Origin: Burkholderiales bacterium
GTDB lineage: Bacteria; Pseudomonadota; Gammaproteobacteria; Burkholderiales; JACQAP01
DNA: 55,008 nucleotides
Assembly: GCA_035644415.1 (NCBI GenBank)
Contig: DASQOP010000280.1
Coordinates: 1-55,008 of the forward strand
Direction of reading: 5' to 3'
The notes beneath the pieces are model-generated. The model saw nothing but the letters and a program-made list of their open reading frames with translations. It ran no database searches and was not told the DNA's origin. Within the stretch, counting starts at the first letter, position 1; each line of letters opens with the position of its first letter. Positions 43,685-52,883 of the stretch are shown here, one piece after another. Position numbers and translations under genes: made by a program.

Positions 43685-45922
43685 ATGCCGTGGCTGTCGC
43701 TCAATACCTACGTTCCGACTGACAAGGTTCGGAACGATATGTTCAATAGTTTGGCCAACGATGACCGCAACTGGGGCGGCAACGTGAACGGCGGCGGCAA
43801 CCGGCTGAGCAACGTCATCCTCGACGGCACAGGCGGCTTTCAGTTCTACGCTTCGCCGCTCCAGGTCACCCCGGGCGCGGATGGCCAGGGCGTCGTGCAG
43901 ATGGATCAGACCGTCGGGGCCAACCAGATCGCGCGATGGACAGCGGGCAAAACCGCCACCGCCGAGAGCGGGGCAAACGCCGGTTCCGACTATGCCATCG
44001 TCCGCTACGACGATGCCGGCGCTCTGCTGGGCACTCCCTTCCAGATCGCCCGCTCGACCGGGCTGATTACGATGGGCGCTCAGAAGTGGACCGGCGCGAT
44101 TGACGGCGGCGGGCAGACGCTCTCGAACATCACCATCGCCGGAGTGGCCTCCGATCCAACCACCACCAAGGGCGACCTGATCGCGCGGGGCGCGGCGGTG
44201 CTAGGGCGGTTGGCGGTCGGCACCAATGGGCAGGCGCTCGTAGCGGACTCTGCACAGACTCTCGGCATGAAGTGGGCCACCACCGATCCCACTACGACGC
44301 TCGGAGATCTGATCGTGCGCGGGGCGGCGGCGGTCGGGCGGCTCGGCGTCGGCACCAACGGGCAGGTGCTTCAGGCCGATTCCACGCAGACGTTCGGCGT
44401 GAAGTGGGCAGCGGCGGCGACCACGGCATCCTACTCGAAGGACGGCACGCTGGTTGGGACACGTCCCGGCTTCAACGTCATCACTGGCGCGAACGTGGTG
44501 CTGACGATGGCGGATGACTCGGCCAACAACCGCGTCAACCTCACCATCGCGGCGGCGGGCGGCGGCTCGGGCGGGATGGTCGACCCGACCACAACGCTCG
44601 GGGACCTGATTGTGCGCGGCTCCGCTGCGCCGGTGCGGTTCGCGGTCGGCAGCAACGGGCAGGTGCTCACGGCGGATTCGTCGGCGGCGCTCGGCGTCAA
44701 GTGGGCGGTGGGCGGCGGCGGGCAAACGCCGTGGACAAGCGATATCAATGCGGCGAATTTTGGGTTGTGGAACTTACGCTACCTCGCTATTGGTGCAGCC
44801 TCTTTGCAGCCATCGCCCACTGTCGGCTTTGGGGTTGCAGGAAGCAGTGGTCTTACGTCAGTGGTTATTACAGAAACGCTGAGCACCGGGCAGGCAGGCT
44901 TCACTCTCAACGCCAACGTTGCCCAAGCCACTTTCATGTTGAGCGGGAGCGCGGCGAGTGTCCCGAATCATCTGGCGCTGAGTAATAACACCGGAGGTAT
45001 TTCATTCTGGACAGGGACCGAGCGCCTGCGCATCACGGCGACGGGGAATGTCGGCATCAATATCACAACTCCAGGTTCCCTGCTCCATCTCGCGGGAAAT
45101 GGCGCTGTAGATACGCCTCAAGGCGTGATCACAATGTCCCGGTTTTGGCCTGATGCCTCAAACGTGCGGGCAAGCGCCCTTTTCCACTATTACAATTCCG
45201 CAGCGGCTACGGATTTGCTCGCCTTCGGAGTTTCCGGGGACGGCGGTGGCTCAACTACCGCACCCGGACAAATCAGCAACGCCAAGATGGTTATCACGGC
45301 GGGCGGTTATGCTGGCATCGGCACGACGACTCCGACGCTTGAGGCCGCAATGGCCAGACTTGTGGTAACTGGCATAGCAGCGCAGGTGGCCTCGAATCTT
45401 GCCACAAGCAACACAAAAGCGCTGGCTTCTTTCCGGGCTAATAGCAGTTCCGGTTATACACTCGCCATCGGGGCCGAGAGCGGCAATTCTTTCCCGTACT
45501 TACAGGCCGTCAATTGGAATGGCGGTAGCTCGGCGGCGTCTCTGCTGCTAAATCCATTCGGCGGCAACATTGGCATGCTCAAAATCAACCCAGCTTACGC
45601 GCTCGACGTCGCGGGCGACGTGAATTGCACGGGCGCGTTCCGCGTCAACGGCGTGGCCATTGGCGGCGCTCAAACACCGTGGACAGGAGACGTGGATGCG
45701 GCGGGGCACGCATTGAACAATGTCAGCGCGGTCTACAGCAACATCGCATCCGTAGGCGGCACGGGTAAATATTTAATATTTGGCTGTCCACTGGCCACGG
45801 GTGATCCTGGCACAATGGCAGCGGACACCATTGCCTTTTGGCGTGACTCATCCAATCAACTACACATTGTGTGTTCTTACAGCGATCTAACACGCCACCG
45901 CGCAACCATAGGTCTGGCCTAG
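43685..45922 (+). CDS. tail fibre protein with internal repeats
   Basis: 745 aa; DPTTT.GDLI.RG.A...RL.VG.NGQ.L.ADS...G.KWA repeated three times (44153-44710). Confidence 0.8.
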   Translation: MPWLSLNTYVPTDKVRNDMFNSLANDDRNWGGNVNGGGNRLSNVILDGTGGFQFYASPLQVTPGADGQGVVQMDQTVGANQIARWTAGKTATAESGANAGSDYAIVRYDDAGALLGTPFQIARSTGLITMGAQKWTGAIDGGGQTLSNITIAGVASDPTTTKGDLIARGAAVLGRLAVGTNGQALVADSAQTLGMKWATTDPTTTLGDLIVRGAAAVGRLGVGTNGQVLQADSTQTFGVKWAAAATTASYSKDGTLVGTRPGFNVITGANVVLTMADDSANNRVNLTIAAAGGGSGGMVDPTTTLGDLIVRGSAAPVRFAVGSNGQVLTADSSAALGVKWAVGGGGQTPWTSDINAANFGLWNLRYLAIGAASLQPSPTVGFGVAGSSGLTSVVITETLSTGQAGFTLNANVAQATFMLSGSAASVPNHLALSNNTGGISFWTGTERLRITATGNVGINITTPGSLLHLAGNGAVDTPQGVITMSRFWPDASNVRASALFHYYNSAAATDLLAFGVSGDGGGSTTAPGQISNAKMVITAGGYAGIGTTTPTLEAAMARLVVTGIAAQVASNLATSNTKALASFRANSSSGYTLAIGAESGNSFPYLQAVNWNGGSSAASLLLNPFGGNIGMLKINPAYALDVAGDVNCTGAFRVNGVAIGGAQTPWTGDVDAAGHALNNVSAVYSNIASVGGTGKYLIFGCPLATGDPGTMAADTIAFWRDSSNQLHIVCSYSDLTRHRATIGLA

Positions 45923-45944
45923 AGCGAATAGGAGAGAAACTAAC

Positions 45945-46238
45945 ATGGCACTTACTTACGATCAATCCAACACCCTGATGCAGGACGCGGCTTTCCGCGG
46001 CCGCGTCAAGGTGGCTTGCTTAAAATACGCGGACTCGATTCTCAACGAAGCGCCGACCGTGCCGGCGCACAACACGCGGTATCGCTGGGCGCAGCAGTGC
46101 GACCAACAGCCGGACCAGACCGCGCTGACCATCACGCCGCCGACCGTGATGGACCCGGCGGTGCAGCAAGACGGCTCCAACATCACCGATACGGCCTTGC
46201 AGGGGTCGGTCGAGACCGTCATCAACAAACTGCTCTAA
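45945..46238 (+). CDS. hypothetical protein (end of the tail module)
   Basis: AGGAGAG RBS, 97 aa. Confidence 0.55.
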   Translation: MALTYDQSNTLMQDAAFRGRVKVACLKYADSILNEAPTVPAHNTRYRWAQQCDQQPDQTALTITPPTVMDPAVQQDGSNITDTALQGSVETVINKLL

Positions 46239-46516
46239 GGCTTCGGGCGGGAGCGCTTGAGGCGTTTGAGTTCCCGTTCGAACACGATGGCGAACTCCAC
46301 GAAGCTGATATCCAGCTTCCAGAGCAGCTTCAAAACCGTGTCCAGCGTGGGCGAGTGCAGGCCGCGTTCGAGCCCGCTCATGTAGCCGCGGTCCACGTCG
46401 GAGTCGAAGGCCAGGCGCTCCTGCGCGACCTGAGCGGTGGCGCGTAACGCGCGGATGGCGCGGCCGAAGGCCAACCGAACCGATGGCAAATCGCCCGTTG
46501 CTGGCTTCCGGGGCAT
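46235..46516 (-). CDS. XRE-family HTH repressor (CI-like)
   Basis: ..FGRAIRALRATAQVAQERLAFDSDVDRGYMSGLERGLHSPTLDTVLKLLWKLDISFVEF.. is a canonical HTH_XRE domain; on the - strand, divergent from the early promoter. Confidence 0.75.
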   Translation of the reverse strand: MPRKPATGDLPSVRLAFGRAIRALRATAQVAQERLAFDSDVDRGYMSGLERGLHSPTLDTVLKLLWKLDISFVEFAIVFERELKRLKRSRPKP

Positions 46517-46549
46517 ATAGGCATAGTGCAAGGAACTGCACAAAAACTA

Positions 46550-46576
46550 CCACGCGATAGATGCCACGGGATAGAT
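46550..46576. promoter_or_regulatory. tandem 13-nt repeats upstream of the repressor gene (operator candidates)
   Basis: CCACGCGATAGAT (46550-46562) and CCACGGGATAGAT (46564-46576). Confidence 0.4.
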
Positions 46577-46879
46577 CAGACTAGCCGCAACCATATTGTG
46601 TAACAACTGTACTATCCCTATGGGCCGTGCGCCCTTACTCACAGTACCGATGTGAGTCCTAGGAAAGTTTGGTTGCAATTTCGCGGTAGAGGGTCATACT
46701 TCTTAACAACATATCTTTCAGCAAACGTTTGATGGATGGGCGAGCTTCTTCGGCACCTGTTAACGGGCGGGTCCGCGCGGCCCCACAGCTTTGGAATACT
46801 TCGATGGTTCCGAGTCGCAGTCCGCCCGCCTACCCACTAGAGCCACCGTACTGCCTCGATATTGCAACCGTACTTTCGC

Positions 46880-46963
46880 AGCACCGTGGCGACACCACAG
46901 CAGCACTGTGGGAGCACCGCAGATGTGCCGCCATCGTGCGCGCGAGAGCACCGCGGCGGTGCT
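46880..46963. promoter_or_regulatory. phased AGCACCG half-sites plus perfect palindrome (operator candidates)
   Basis: AGCACCG at 46880, 46913 and 46947 (33/34-nt spacing); AGCACCGC-G-GCGGTGCT at 46947-46963; CCACAG-cagca-CTGTGG at 46895-46911. Confidence 0.4.
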
Positions 46964-46990
46964 AACCGCTGTGTTGCCTATAATTTACGC

Positions 46991-47019
46991 TTGACACAGC
47001 GCAAGTGCTGCGTTAGTAT
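46991..47019 (+). promoter_or_regulatory. early rightward promoter (PR-like)
   Basis: TTGACA-17 nt-TAGTAT; 24 of 29 positions identical to the promoter at 11064-11092. Confidence 0.6.
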
Positions 47020-47072
47020 TCTGCGTGTTGATCGCACCCCGACCGGGCGACAGCACGCGGAGCCAAAAAACA

Positions 47073-47375
47073 ATGCCCAAACACTTACGGGAGAGAACTG
47101 TGCCCAAAATCACGAAGTCCGCAGAGTTACGGCCCGCTGGGTTTTCCAGAACCAATATGCAGCTGCCGGTTGGTCTGATCGATGCGATGAGAAAACTCCG
47201 GCATATCCGGCACCAGCAGGAGGGCGTGGACCCCAAGCTCTGCCGGATCTACAAGGAAGCCGTGGAGCAGTACGTCAACGCGAAACCGCAGCAGCAACTG
47301 CTGCAGGAGTGGTACGGAGATGGACCTGGAAAGCCGGCCAGAGCCTCTGGCGACCGCGCTGCCGCGCGGGTGTGA
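47073..47375 (+). CDS. ribbon-helix-helix-like early regulator (Cro-position)
   Basis: First gene after PR; ..FSRTNMQLPVGLIDAMRKL.. looks like an RHH strand-helix; alternative leaderless GTG start at 47025. Confidence 0.5.
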   Translation: MPKHLRERTVPKITKSAELRPAGFSRTNMQLPVGLIDAMRKLRHIRHQQEGVDPKLCRIYKEAVEQYVNAKPQQQLLQEWYGDGPGKPARASGDRAAARV

Positions 47376-47478
47376 TGTCTGTCACCAGCAGGCCGCCGTG
47401 CGCTGGCTGGATTACGACCTCTGGGCGTGCGCCGACTGCGCACGCCTCTATCTGACACAGCTGCAACTGAAAGGCTGA
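47320..47478 (+). CDS. small zinc-ribbon protein (52 aa, below the track cutoff)
   Basis: My translation: MDLESRPEPLATALPRGCDVCHQQAAVRWLDYDLWACADCARLYLTQLQLKG; overlaps the 3' end of the previous gene by 56 nt. Confidence 0.35.
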   Translation: MDLESRPEPLATALPRGCDVCHQQAAVRWLDYDLWACADCARLYLTQLQLKG

Positions 47479-47484
47479 ACCGTC

Positions 47485-48039
47485 ATGCAAACAGCAACCA
47501 TTGAAATCGACCGTTCGCAAGCGATGACCCTGTACCGCCAGTACAAGGAGCACCGCGACTGCTTCACCAAGATGGACGCGGAGATCGAGCGTGCCTACCG
47601 GCAGATCGCGCGCGGCCACAAGGTGATTCAGGCGCTCGAAAGCATCCGTCACGCCGGCCTCGACGCCCTGAGCCGCCCGCGTCTGGGGATCGTCCGGGCG
47701 GATGCCGAGTGGTGTTATCTGACACGCGGCAACGGGCAGGTGTTGTTCTCGATGGACCGATGGGTGCGTGCTCGCGCGCCACGCCGCTCGGTGATCGTGC
47801 GCTGGCCCGGCATGATCTGGAACATCGACAACGGAGGCGCCAAGGCGCGTGTGCCGCTGATCCCGGTGCATCTCCGGCCGCGCGTGAGCCTGGACCGGTA
47901 CCACCTTCTGTTTGAAGCGGACTGGGTGGGGGTGCCGCCCGACCCGATGTTGTTGCGGCGCTGCGGCAACGACCTTTGGGTGGTGGTGGCAGCGTGGGAT
48001 TTGACGCCGGTAGAGCGCGCCGTCATGGGCGCGGAGTAA
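47485..48039 (+). CDS. hypothetical protein
   Basis: 184-aa ORF with protein-like composition. Confidence 0.65.
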   Translation: MQTATIEIDRSQAMTLYRQYKEHRDCFTKMDAEIERAYRQIARGHKVIQALESIRHAGLDALSRPRLGIVRADAEWCYLTRGNGQVLFSMDRWVRARAPRRSVIVRWPGMIWNIDNGGAKARVPLIPVHLRPRVSLDRYHLLFEADWVGVPPDPMLLRRCGNDLWVVVAAWDLTPVERAVMGAE

Positions 48040-48043
48040 TGCC

Positions 48044-49027
48044 ATGATCGACCACCAACTCAGGAACGCGTGCATCACCTCGACGGATGTGGGGCCGATC
48101 TTCGGGGTGGACGCCTACCGGGGAGCCTTCGACGTGTGGGCCGTGAAGCACGGACACGCGCCGCGGTGGAACCCAACTCCGCGGATGCTCCTGGGCAAGG
48201 ACCTGGAGCAGGGCATCTTGCAGGCCTACAGCCGGATCACCGGCAGGCCGGTGGAGTGGTTCGACAAGACCATGCGGCATCCCGAGCGGCCGTGGATGGC
48301 GGCCAGCCCCGACGCGCTGGTAACCAGCGATCCGCTGGAGCGCGGGGTGGACGCCAAGCTGGTCTTCTGGGACCAGCGGCGTAAGTGGGGCGCGAACTCC
48401 AACGACATCCCCGAAGGCATCCAGATGCAGATGTGGTGGTTCATGGCGGTCCTCGAATGCGACGTCTGGGACGTGGCGGCCTGGGTGGGCGAGGATGAGC
48501 CGCGCATCTACGAGATCGAGCGCGACCGCGAAGCCGAGCGGGTGGTGATTGCCAAGTGCGAGGAATGGCACCGCCGCTATGTGGTGGGCGACGAGGTCCC
48601 GCCGATCTCTGGCAGTGAAACGTCGTCGGCCTGGCTCCAGCAGGCGTTTCCGCACGACCATCGGCCGGACATGCGCGACGCGACCGATGCTGAGATCGCC
48701 TACCTGGAGGAGTACGCGCTGGCTCGGATCGACCAGCAAGAAGCCACCGAACGCCGCGGGGAGATGGAGAATCAGATCAAACTGGCGATTGGCGACCGCG
48801 AGGGCCTGCAATGGCCGGGCGGTAAGTTCACATGGCGGCGCACCAAGGACCAGGAAAAGATCAACTGGAAAGCGCTGGGCACATACCTGCTAAATACCCG
48901 CATTCGGGAAGAGCAGGAACGCGAGGCGATGCGCGTCGAGTACACGAATACCAAAGCCGGGGTGCGGCGGATTCATTTCGTCTGCGACACGCATGATATC
49001 TCCGACGCTGTGGGAGTGACGGGGTGA
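48044..49027 (+). CDS. YqaJ-type (lambda Exo-like) recombination exonuclease
   Basis: ..CITSTDVGPIFGVDAYRGAFDVW..K......N..M..G..LE..I...Y....G........M.H...PWMAASPDALV....GVDAKLV.. fits the PD-(D/E)xK YqaJ pattern. Confidence 0.85.
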   Translation: MIDHQLRNACITSTDVGPIFGVDAYRGAFDVWAVKHGHAPRWNPTPRMLLGKDLEQGILQAYSRITGRPVEWFDKTMRHPERPWMAASPDALVTSDPLERGVDAKLVFWDQRRKWGANSNDIPEGIQMQMWWFMAVLECDVWDVAAWVGEDEPRIYEIERDREAERVVIAKCEEWHRRYVVGDEVPPISGSETSSAWLQQAFPHDHRPDMRDATDAEIAYLEEYALARIDQQEATERRGEMENQIKLAIGDREGLQWPGGKFTWRRTKDQEKINWKALGTYLLNTRIREEQEREAMRVEYTNTKAGVRRIHFVCDTHDISDAVGVTG

Positions 49028-49272
49028 AGATCGAGCAACTCAGTCCGGAGGCGCAGGACGGCCTGCGCAAGTGGGCCGCGTTCCAGCACGATGATTTGCT
49101 CTTCGACGCCATCAGCAGTGTGCCGCAGGAGCGGGCCTGGATCTGGTTTCAGCTATGCGCGGCGGAAGACAGGCCCGAGTGGTTTCCCAAGGGGAAGTGG
49201 GCAACCATCCAGCACATCGCCACGATTCTGGACGAGGAAGCGGATGCGACGAGAATACGACCCTCAATGTGA
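49024..49272 (+). CDS. hypothetical protein
   Basis: GTGA overlap with the exonuclease gene. Confidence 0.5.
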   Translation: MKIEQLSPEAQDGLRKWAAFQHDDLLFDAISSVPQERAWIWFQLCAAEDRPEWFPKGKWATIQHIATILDEEADATRIRPSM

Positions 49273-49429
49273 AGCCCTCGCCCGCTATTTCCTGGGCCAA
49301 CCCGCGCGCGATGAAGCCCTCGTGGTGGAGCTGGCCGGGGTGATTCAGGAGGCCATCGAGGACTGGGAACAGAACCGACAGAAGGAGAAAACAAGCGATG
49401 CAACCGACACCAAGCAACACAACCGTTGA
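49244..49429 (+). CDS. hypothetical protein
   Basis: In-frame ATG of track ORF 49091..49429. Confidence 0.45.
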   Translation: MRREYDPQCEALARYFLGQPARDEALVVELAGVIQEAIEDWEQNRQKEKTSDATDTKQHNR

Positions 49430-50321
49430 CGTAGCGGTGACCCCGCCAACCGCGCCGCCGCCGGCGCCGGGAGCTATACCCACCGAGGCGCGCTCTCGGG
49501 TAACAGTCGAGCAGTTGGCCACGTTGCCCGACAGCGAACGGCGCACCAATTGGATCAACTCGCTGGTCGACGCCGAGGTCGCGCGGCAGAACTACGCGCA
49601 AGACCGTGCGATGGCGAGGGAGTTCGCCCTGTGCGGGCAGTTCGACGATCTCAAAGGAGTGAGCACCGAGCAGGCCGTCGCCACGGCGATGGTGAAAATC
49701 AACCTGGGCCGCTCGTGGGGATTCAACTGCGCTGACTCCATGCGGAATATTTATTTCGTGAACGGCAAGCCCGCGCTGGAGCAAGATATCGTAGCGAGTA
49801 AGTTGCAACAGGCGGGAATCGCTTGGGACCCCGAGTTCGCCTATGAGGAAGTGCCCGCAACTAAGACCGGGCGCGCGTGGCGCAAATGCGTAGGATGCAC
49901 CTTGTGGCTGAAGGAGTGGAACAAGATCGAGCAGCGCTACCAGCCAATCAAAGATCGCAAGGGCGAACAGGTGGCGGTGTCGTTCACCCTGGCCGACGCG
50001 GAGAACGCGAAGTACTGGGAAAAGGGTCAGGAAAAGCCGCTCTCCGAGAAGTTCAACTACCGCAGTTATCCAGGGGACATGTTCTATTGGAGGTGCATCA
50101 GCCGGGTGCGCAAATACTACGCGCCGCACGTCCTGCGCGGCGGCATGCTGCGTGAAGAGGCGCTGGAGATGATGCCCGCCGATCTGCCGCCCGACCAGCT
50201 GCCGCGCGAATTGCAACCGCCGGAAGTGCTACCGGCCGAGCGGAAAACCTTGGCGGAGAGAGTGAAGGCCAACGAAGTCGGGCCGGACGTAGGCACGCAG
50301 AACGCCATGTTTCCCGAGTAG
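49398..50321 (+). CDS. RecT-like single-strand annealing protein
   Basis: GAAGGAG RBS; paired with the YqaJ exonuclease; ..NIYFVNGKPALEQDIVASKLQ.. and ..SYPGDMFYWRCISRVRKYYAPHVL.. resemble RecT-family motifs. Confidence 0.65.
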   Translation: MQPTPSNTTVDVAVTPPTAPPPAPGAIPTEARSRVTVEQLATLPDSERRTNWINSLVDAEVARQNYAQDRAMAREFALCGQFDDLKGVSTEQAVATAMVKINLGRSWGFNCADSMRNIYFVNGKPALEQDIVASKLQQAGIAWDPEFAYEEVPATKTGRAWRKCVGCTLWLKEWNKIEQRYQPIKDRKGEQVAVSFTLADAENAKYWEKGQEKPLSEKFNYRSYPGDMFYWRCISRVRKYYAPHVLRGGMLREEALEMMPADLPPDQLPRELQPPEVLPAERKTLAERVKANEVGPDVGTQNAMFPE

Positions 50322-50325
50322 TGCC

Positions 50326-50541
50326 ATGACCCCGGAGCCAGAGCACGACTGTCTGCAATACCTGCAATATCGGGAGCATAGCTGGGTCGAGACGCACGGC
50401 CTCGATGCGCCACCCTACGAGGCCTGCTGGCAGGAATGGTGGGAGTGCGCTGTCTGTGGGTCGCGGTTTACCTCAAAGGAGTTGAGAGAGATTTATGAGT
50501 CGCAAACGACAGTGGGGCGAGGATTCGACGACGAAGATTGA
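50326..50541 (+). CDS. hypothetical protein
   Basis: 71-aa ORF with a CAVCG motif. Confidence 0.55.
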   Translation: MTPEPEHDCLQYLQYREHSWVETHGLDAPPYEACWQEWWECAVCGSRFTSKELREIYESQTTVGRGFDDED

Positions 50542-50698
50542 TCTTTCCGGGGGCGCGTCCATCACGGTGTCGTTCCTCGGAAACCTCTTCACTCTGGAGC
50601 CGGCTGAGCGGCAGCTGATGAGCGACCTTTCCGCCGTCCTCCAGAGCTATCAGGACAGCAAAGCATCGGGCCAGGCGAAGGCGGCGGCATTAAAATGA
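50495..50698 (+). CDS. hypothetical protein
   Basis: 67-aa ORF, ATGA-coupled to the next gene. Confidence 0.5.
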   Translation: MSRKRQWGEDSTTKIDLSGGASITVSFLGNLFTLEPAERQLMSDLSAVLQSYQDSKASGQAKAAALK

Positions 50699-51282
50699 CC
50701 ACGGCATCCACAACTCGTAAATGCGCCTGCGGCCGCACGATCAGTGGCAACAAACTGACGTGTGCCGCTTGCTCGAAGCCGGTCGCGACTGGCGATGGCG
50801 TGCTGGAAATCTTGAACGTGGGAGCGGGGGACGTGAAGATCACATTCAACACCGGCGACGTATCCGATACGATTCGTGCGCGCCGCATTGTCACCGACAT
50901 GCTGCGCCGTGGCTTCGCACTGCTAGTCGAGATCGAGCGTGACGGCGAGCGGAAATACGAGCGCGTGCAGGCCTTCGATGAAAAGACCGGCGAGTATCTG
51001 ATTGCCGACTTCGATCCGCTGGACGCGCGGCAAGCCGATCTAGAAGACGCTGCTACAGCCCGCCGGCTGGAGACGGCCCAACGGCATGGGGAAGCACCAA
51101 CCGGACTTCAGCCCCCGGGCAGTAGCAGCGACCTTGGGATCACGGTGAAGGATATTCCTTTGTGCGCCTGCGGGCGACCGCTGCACCATCGCGGCTCGTG
51201 TAAGGGCCAGAAGCGCGGCTATCGCCGGGTGCCGATGGAAGGCGCGAAGGCCACGGCAGTGGGGAGGTCAAGCGGTGGCTAG
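50695..51282 (+). CDS. hypothetical protein with N- and C-terminal Cys pairs
   Basis: 195 aa; CACG..CAAC at the N-terminus, CACG..H..C at the C-terminus. Confidence 0.6.
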   Translation: MTTASTTRKCACGRTISGNKLTCAACSKPVATGDGVLEILNVGAGDVKITFNTGDVSDTIRARRIVTDMLRRGFALLVEIERDGERKYERVQAFDEKTGEYLIADFDPLDARQADLEDAATARRLETAQRHGEAPTGLQPPGSSSDLGITVKDIPLCACGRPLHHRGSCKGQKRGYRRVPMEGAKATAVGRSSGG

Positions 51283-52003
51283 GCCTACACCGTCTTGGGC
51301 GGACGTTCGCAAGGGGATGGCGCGGATGGCCGAGAAGCAGCACGAGTGGGCCGGCTTCCCGATGCCGGTCGAGGGCATGTCGATGCAGATCCATCCGAGC
51401 TATCCGTTCGCGGAGAACCTCAGCAAGACCTTTCTGCCGAAACCGTCCCTGCGCATGTGCCGCGATTCGGACGTGTGCGAAGAGACGCGCCTACGGAACC
51501 GCTGGAACTCCTACCGCGACGGTAAGGAGATCCTGATCGTCCAGGAGCGCGGGAAGTTTTTCTTTCTCTACTCGCCGGTGCAGAACAGCGGGCCGATGCT
51601 GCTGCAAACGGTGAGCGCCGCGCGGGCGTGGGATTTCGAGGCCGAGCTTCGCGCGATGGAGACACTCAAGCGGCACGTTACCGAGTGGGCGTTTCAGTGC
51701 TACGTGATGACCGGCTCGTTCCTTGAAACCTCGAAGCGCTCGGGGGTGGTGTACCTGTTCCGGCGGTTGCGGCCTACGATTGCCTTGACTGGCAAGCCCG
51801 ACAAGAACCGCCGCGATGTCGGGATGCGGATCCTCTGCACGCTCTGCGCTCACCCCATCGGTTACTACCGCGATTCGTGGGCCGGCGCCCTGGTGCCGAC
51901 CGACGATGTGCTGAGTCACCTCTTGCTCATGAGGGCCGATGAAAAGTTTTTTTGGCGCAATAGCAATCAACATCCGGCGTGGGCGCCGGAGTCGGGGTTA
52001 TAA
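51275..52003 (+). CDS. hypothetical protein
   Basis: GTG start 7 nt after GGAGG; 242 aa. Confidence 0.65.
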   Translation: MARPTPSWADVRKGMARMAEKQHEWAGFPMPVEGMSMQIHPSYPFAENLSKTFLPKPSLRMCRDSDVCEETRLRNRWNSYRDGKEILIVQERGKFFFLYSPVQNSGPMLLQTVSAARAWDFEAELRAMETLKRHVTEWAFQCYVMTGSFLETSKRSGVVYLFRRLRPTIALTGKPDKNRRDVGMRILCTLCAHPIGYYRDSWAGALVPTDDVLSHLLLMRADEKFFWRNSNQHPAWAPESGL

Positions 52004-52093
52004 AACCGCGATGGCGATGACACCAGCGCGGCGAGGTCAGGCGGAGGCAGGGCTCGGCAGGGTTTTTTGAAAAGAAGGTTTTTAATTTGCCGG

Positions 52094-52183
52094 GGCAGGG
52101 TGTGGCACGGCTGGGCACGGCACGGCCGGGCAGGGCAGGGCAGGGCAGGGCAGGGTACGGCGAGGCGAGGGTGCCAATGGCAC
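52094..52183 (+). repeat. pentamer-phased G-rich array plus GTGCCAATGGCAC cap (copy B)
   Basis: 18 in-phase pentamers including (GGCAG)x5; palindrome at 52171-52183; a shorter array remnant lies at 52030-52063. Confidence 0.9.
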
Positions 52184-52214
52184 AAATCAACTAAGAAGGG
52201 CAGAAACAACAACT

Positions 52215-52883
52215 ATGAGAACCATTGAAGTGGAACTTACCAGCGAAATGCCGCTCTTAATGCACGCGGATAACATCGACTGGGCAGACAAGATGGAAGA
52301 CTGGAAGAACGATCCCAAGAACAAGAGTAAGTCAAAGCCAGGAGACGATAGAACTCCCGCCTGGAGGTGGCTCGGGTGCCTAAACTACGATGATCCGAAG
52401 ACCGGCGTCGTGACCGTTCCATCCGAATACATCATGCGGTGCCTCATGGGAGGCGCAGCGGAAGTACCGACCGGCAAGGGCCGGAAGACCTTTAAGGAAC
52501 TGAGCCAGAGCGGCATTCTATGCGAAAAATTTCACTGGCCTTTGCTAATCAATGGGGAAAAGAAGCCGGTGCGAATGGAGGATATCAATCAATTATTGAA
52601 GGTCCCCCGTTTCCCGGACCAGGTCGAGGGCGCTAAGGCGCTGGGCTTCTCTCTCTTTGTCAAACGCGCAAGAGTCGGCAATAACAAACATATCCGAGTC
52701 CGGCCGCGTTTTGACGATTGGAGTACGAGAGGTGAACTGATGATCATCGACGATCAGATCACCAATGATGTGGTCGCTAGTATTCTCGACATCTCGGGAA
52801 GGTTGAAGGGTCTTGGAGATTGGAGGCCGAGCGCTAAGACTCCGGGACCGTTCGGGACGTTCAAGGCGAAGATTGTGAGTTAA
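52215..52883 (+). CDS. accessory (cargo) protein of unknown function
   Basis: 222-aa ORF, visibly lower GC than its surroundings, 31 nt downstream of the palindrome. Confidence 0.7.
   Translation: MRTIEVELTSEMPLLMHADNIDWADKMEDWKNDPKNKSKSKPGDDRTPAWRWLGCLNYDDPKTGVVTVPSEYIMRCLMGGAAEVPTGKGRKTFKELSQSGILCEKFHWPLLINGEKKPVRMEDINQLLKVPRFPDQVEGAKALGFSLFVKRARVGNNKHIRVRPRFDDWSTRGELMIIDDQITNDVVASILDISGRLKGLGDWRPSAKTPGPFGTFKAKIVS

Noticed and set aside
43685-45922. A diversity-generating retroelement acting on the fibre gene repeats
   Set aside because: No reverse transcriptase is present. There is no template repeat with adenine-specific mismatches and no Avd-like gene in the window.
46764-46840. tRNA-like stretch (CGGGCGG ... 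GGTTCCGAGTC ... CCGCCCG CC TACCCA)
   Set aside because: The acceptor arms are only 65 nt apart. No T-stem can be paired around the GGTTCCGAG segment, and there is no D-arm or anticodon arm.
52176-52200. TGGCAC in every cap as a sigma54 -24 box
   Set aside because: None of the six copies has a TTGC(A/T) -12 element at the required 4-5 nt spacing. The downstream sequences are aaatcAACT, aaatgAAAG, acgggATTG, atgagAATT, gaacgGGAT and acaggAAGG.
52215-52883. The 222-aa cargo protein as a RAMP/Cas-like RNA-binding protein (Gly-rich C-terminal GRLKGLGDWRPSAKTPGPFGTF; N-terminal beta-strand start)
   Set aside because: The resemblance is only a loose pattern seen by eye. There is no second motif and no cas context, so a profile or structure search is needed before any such claim.
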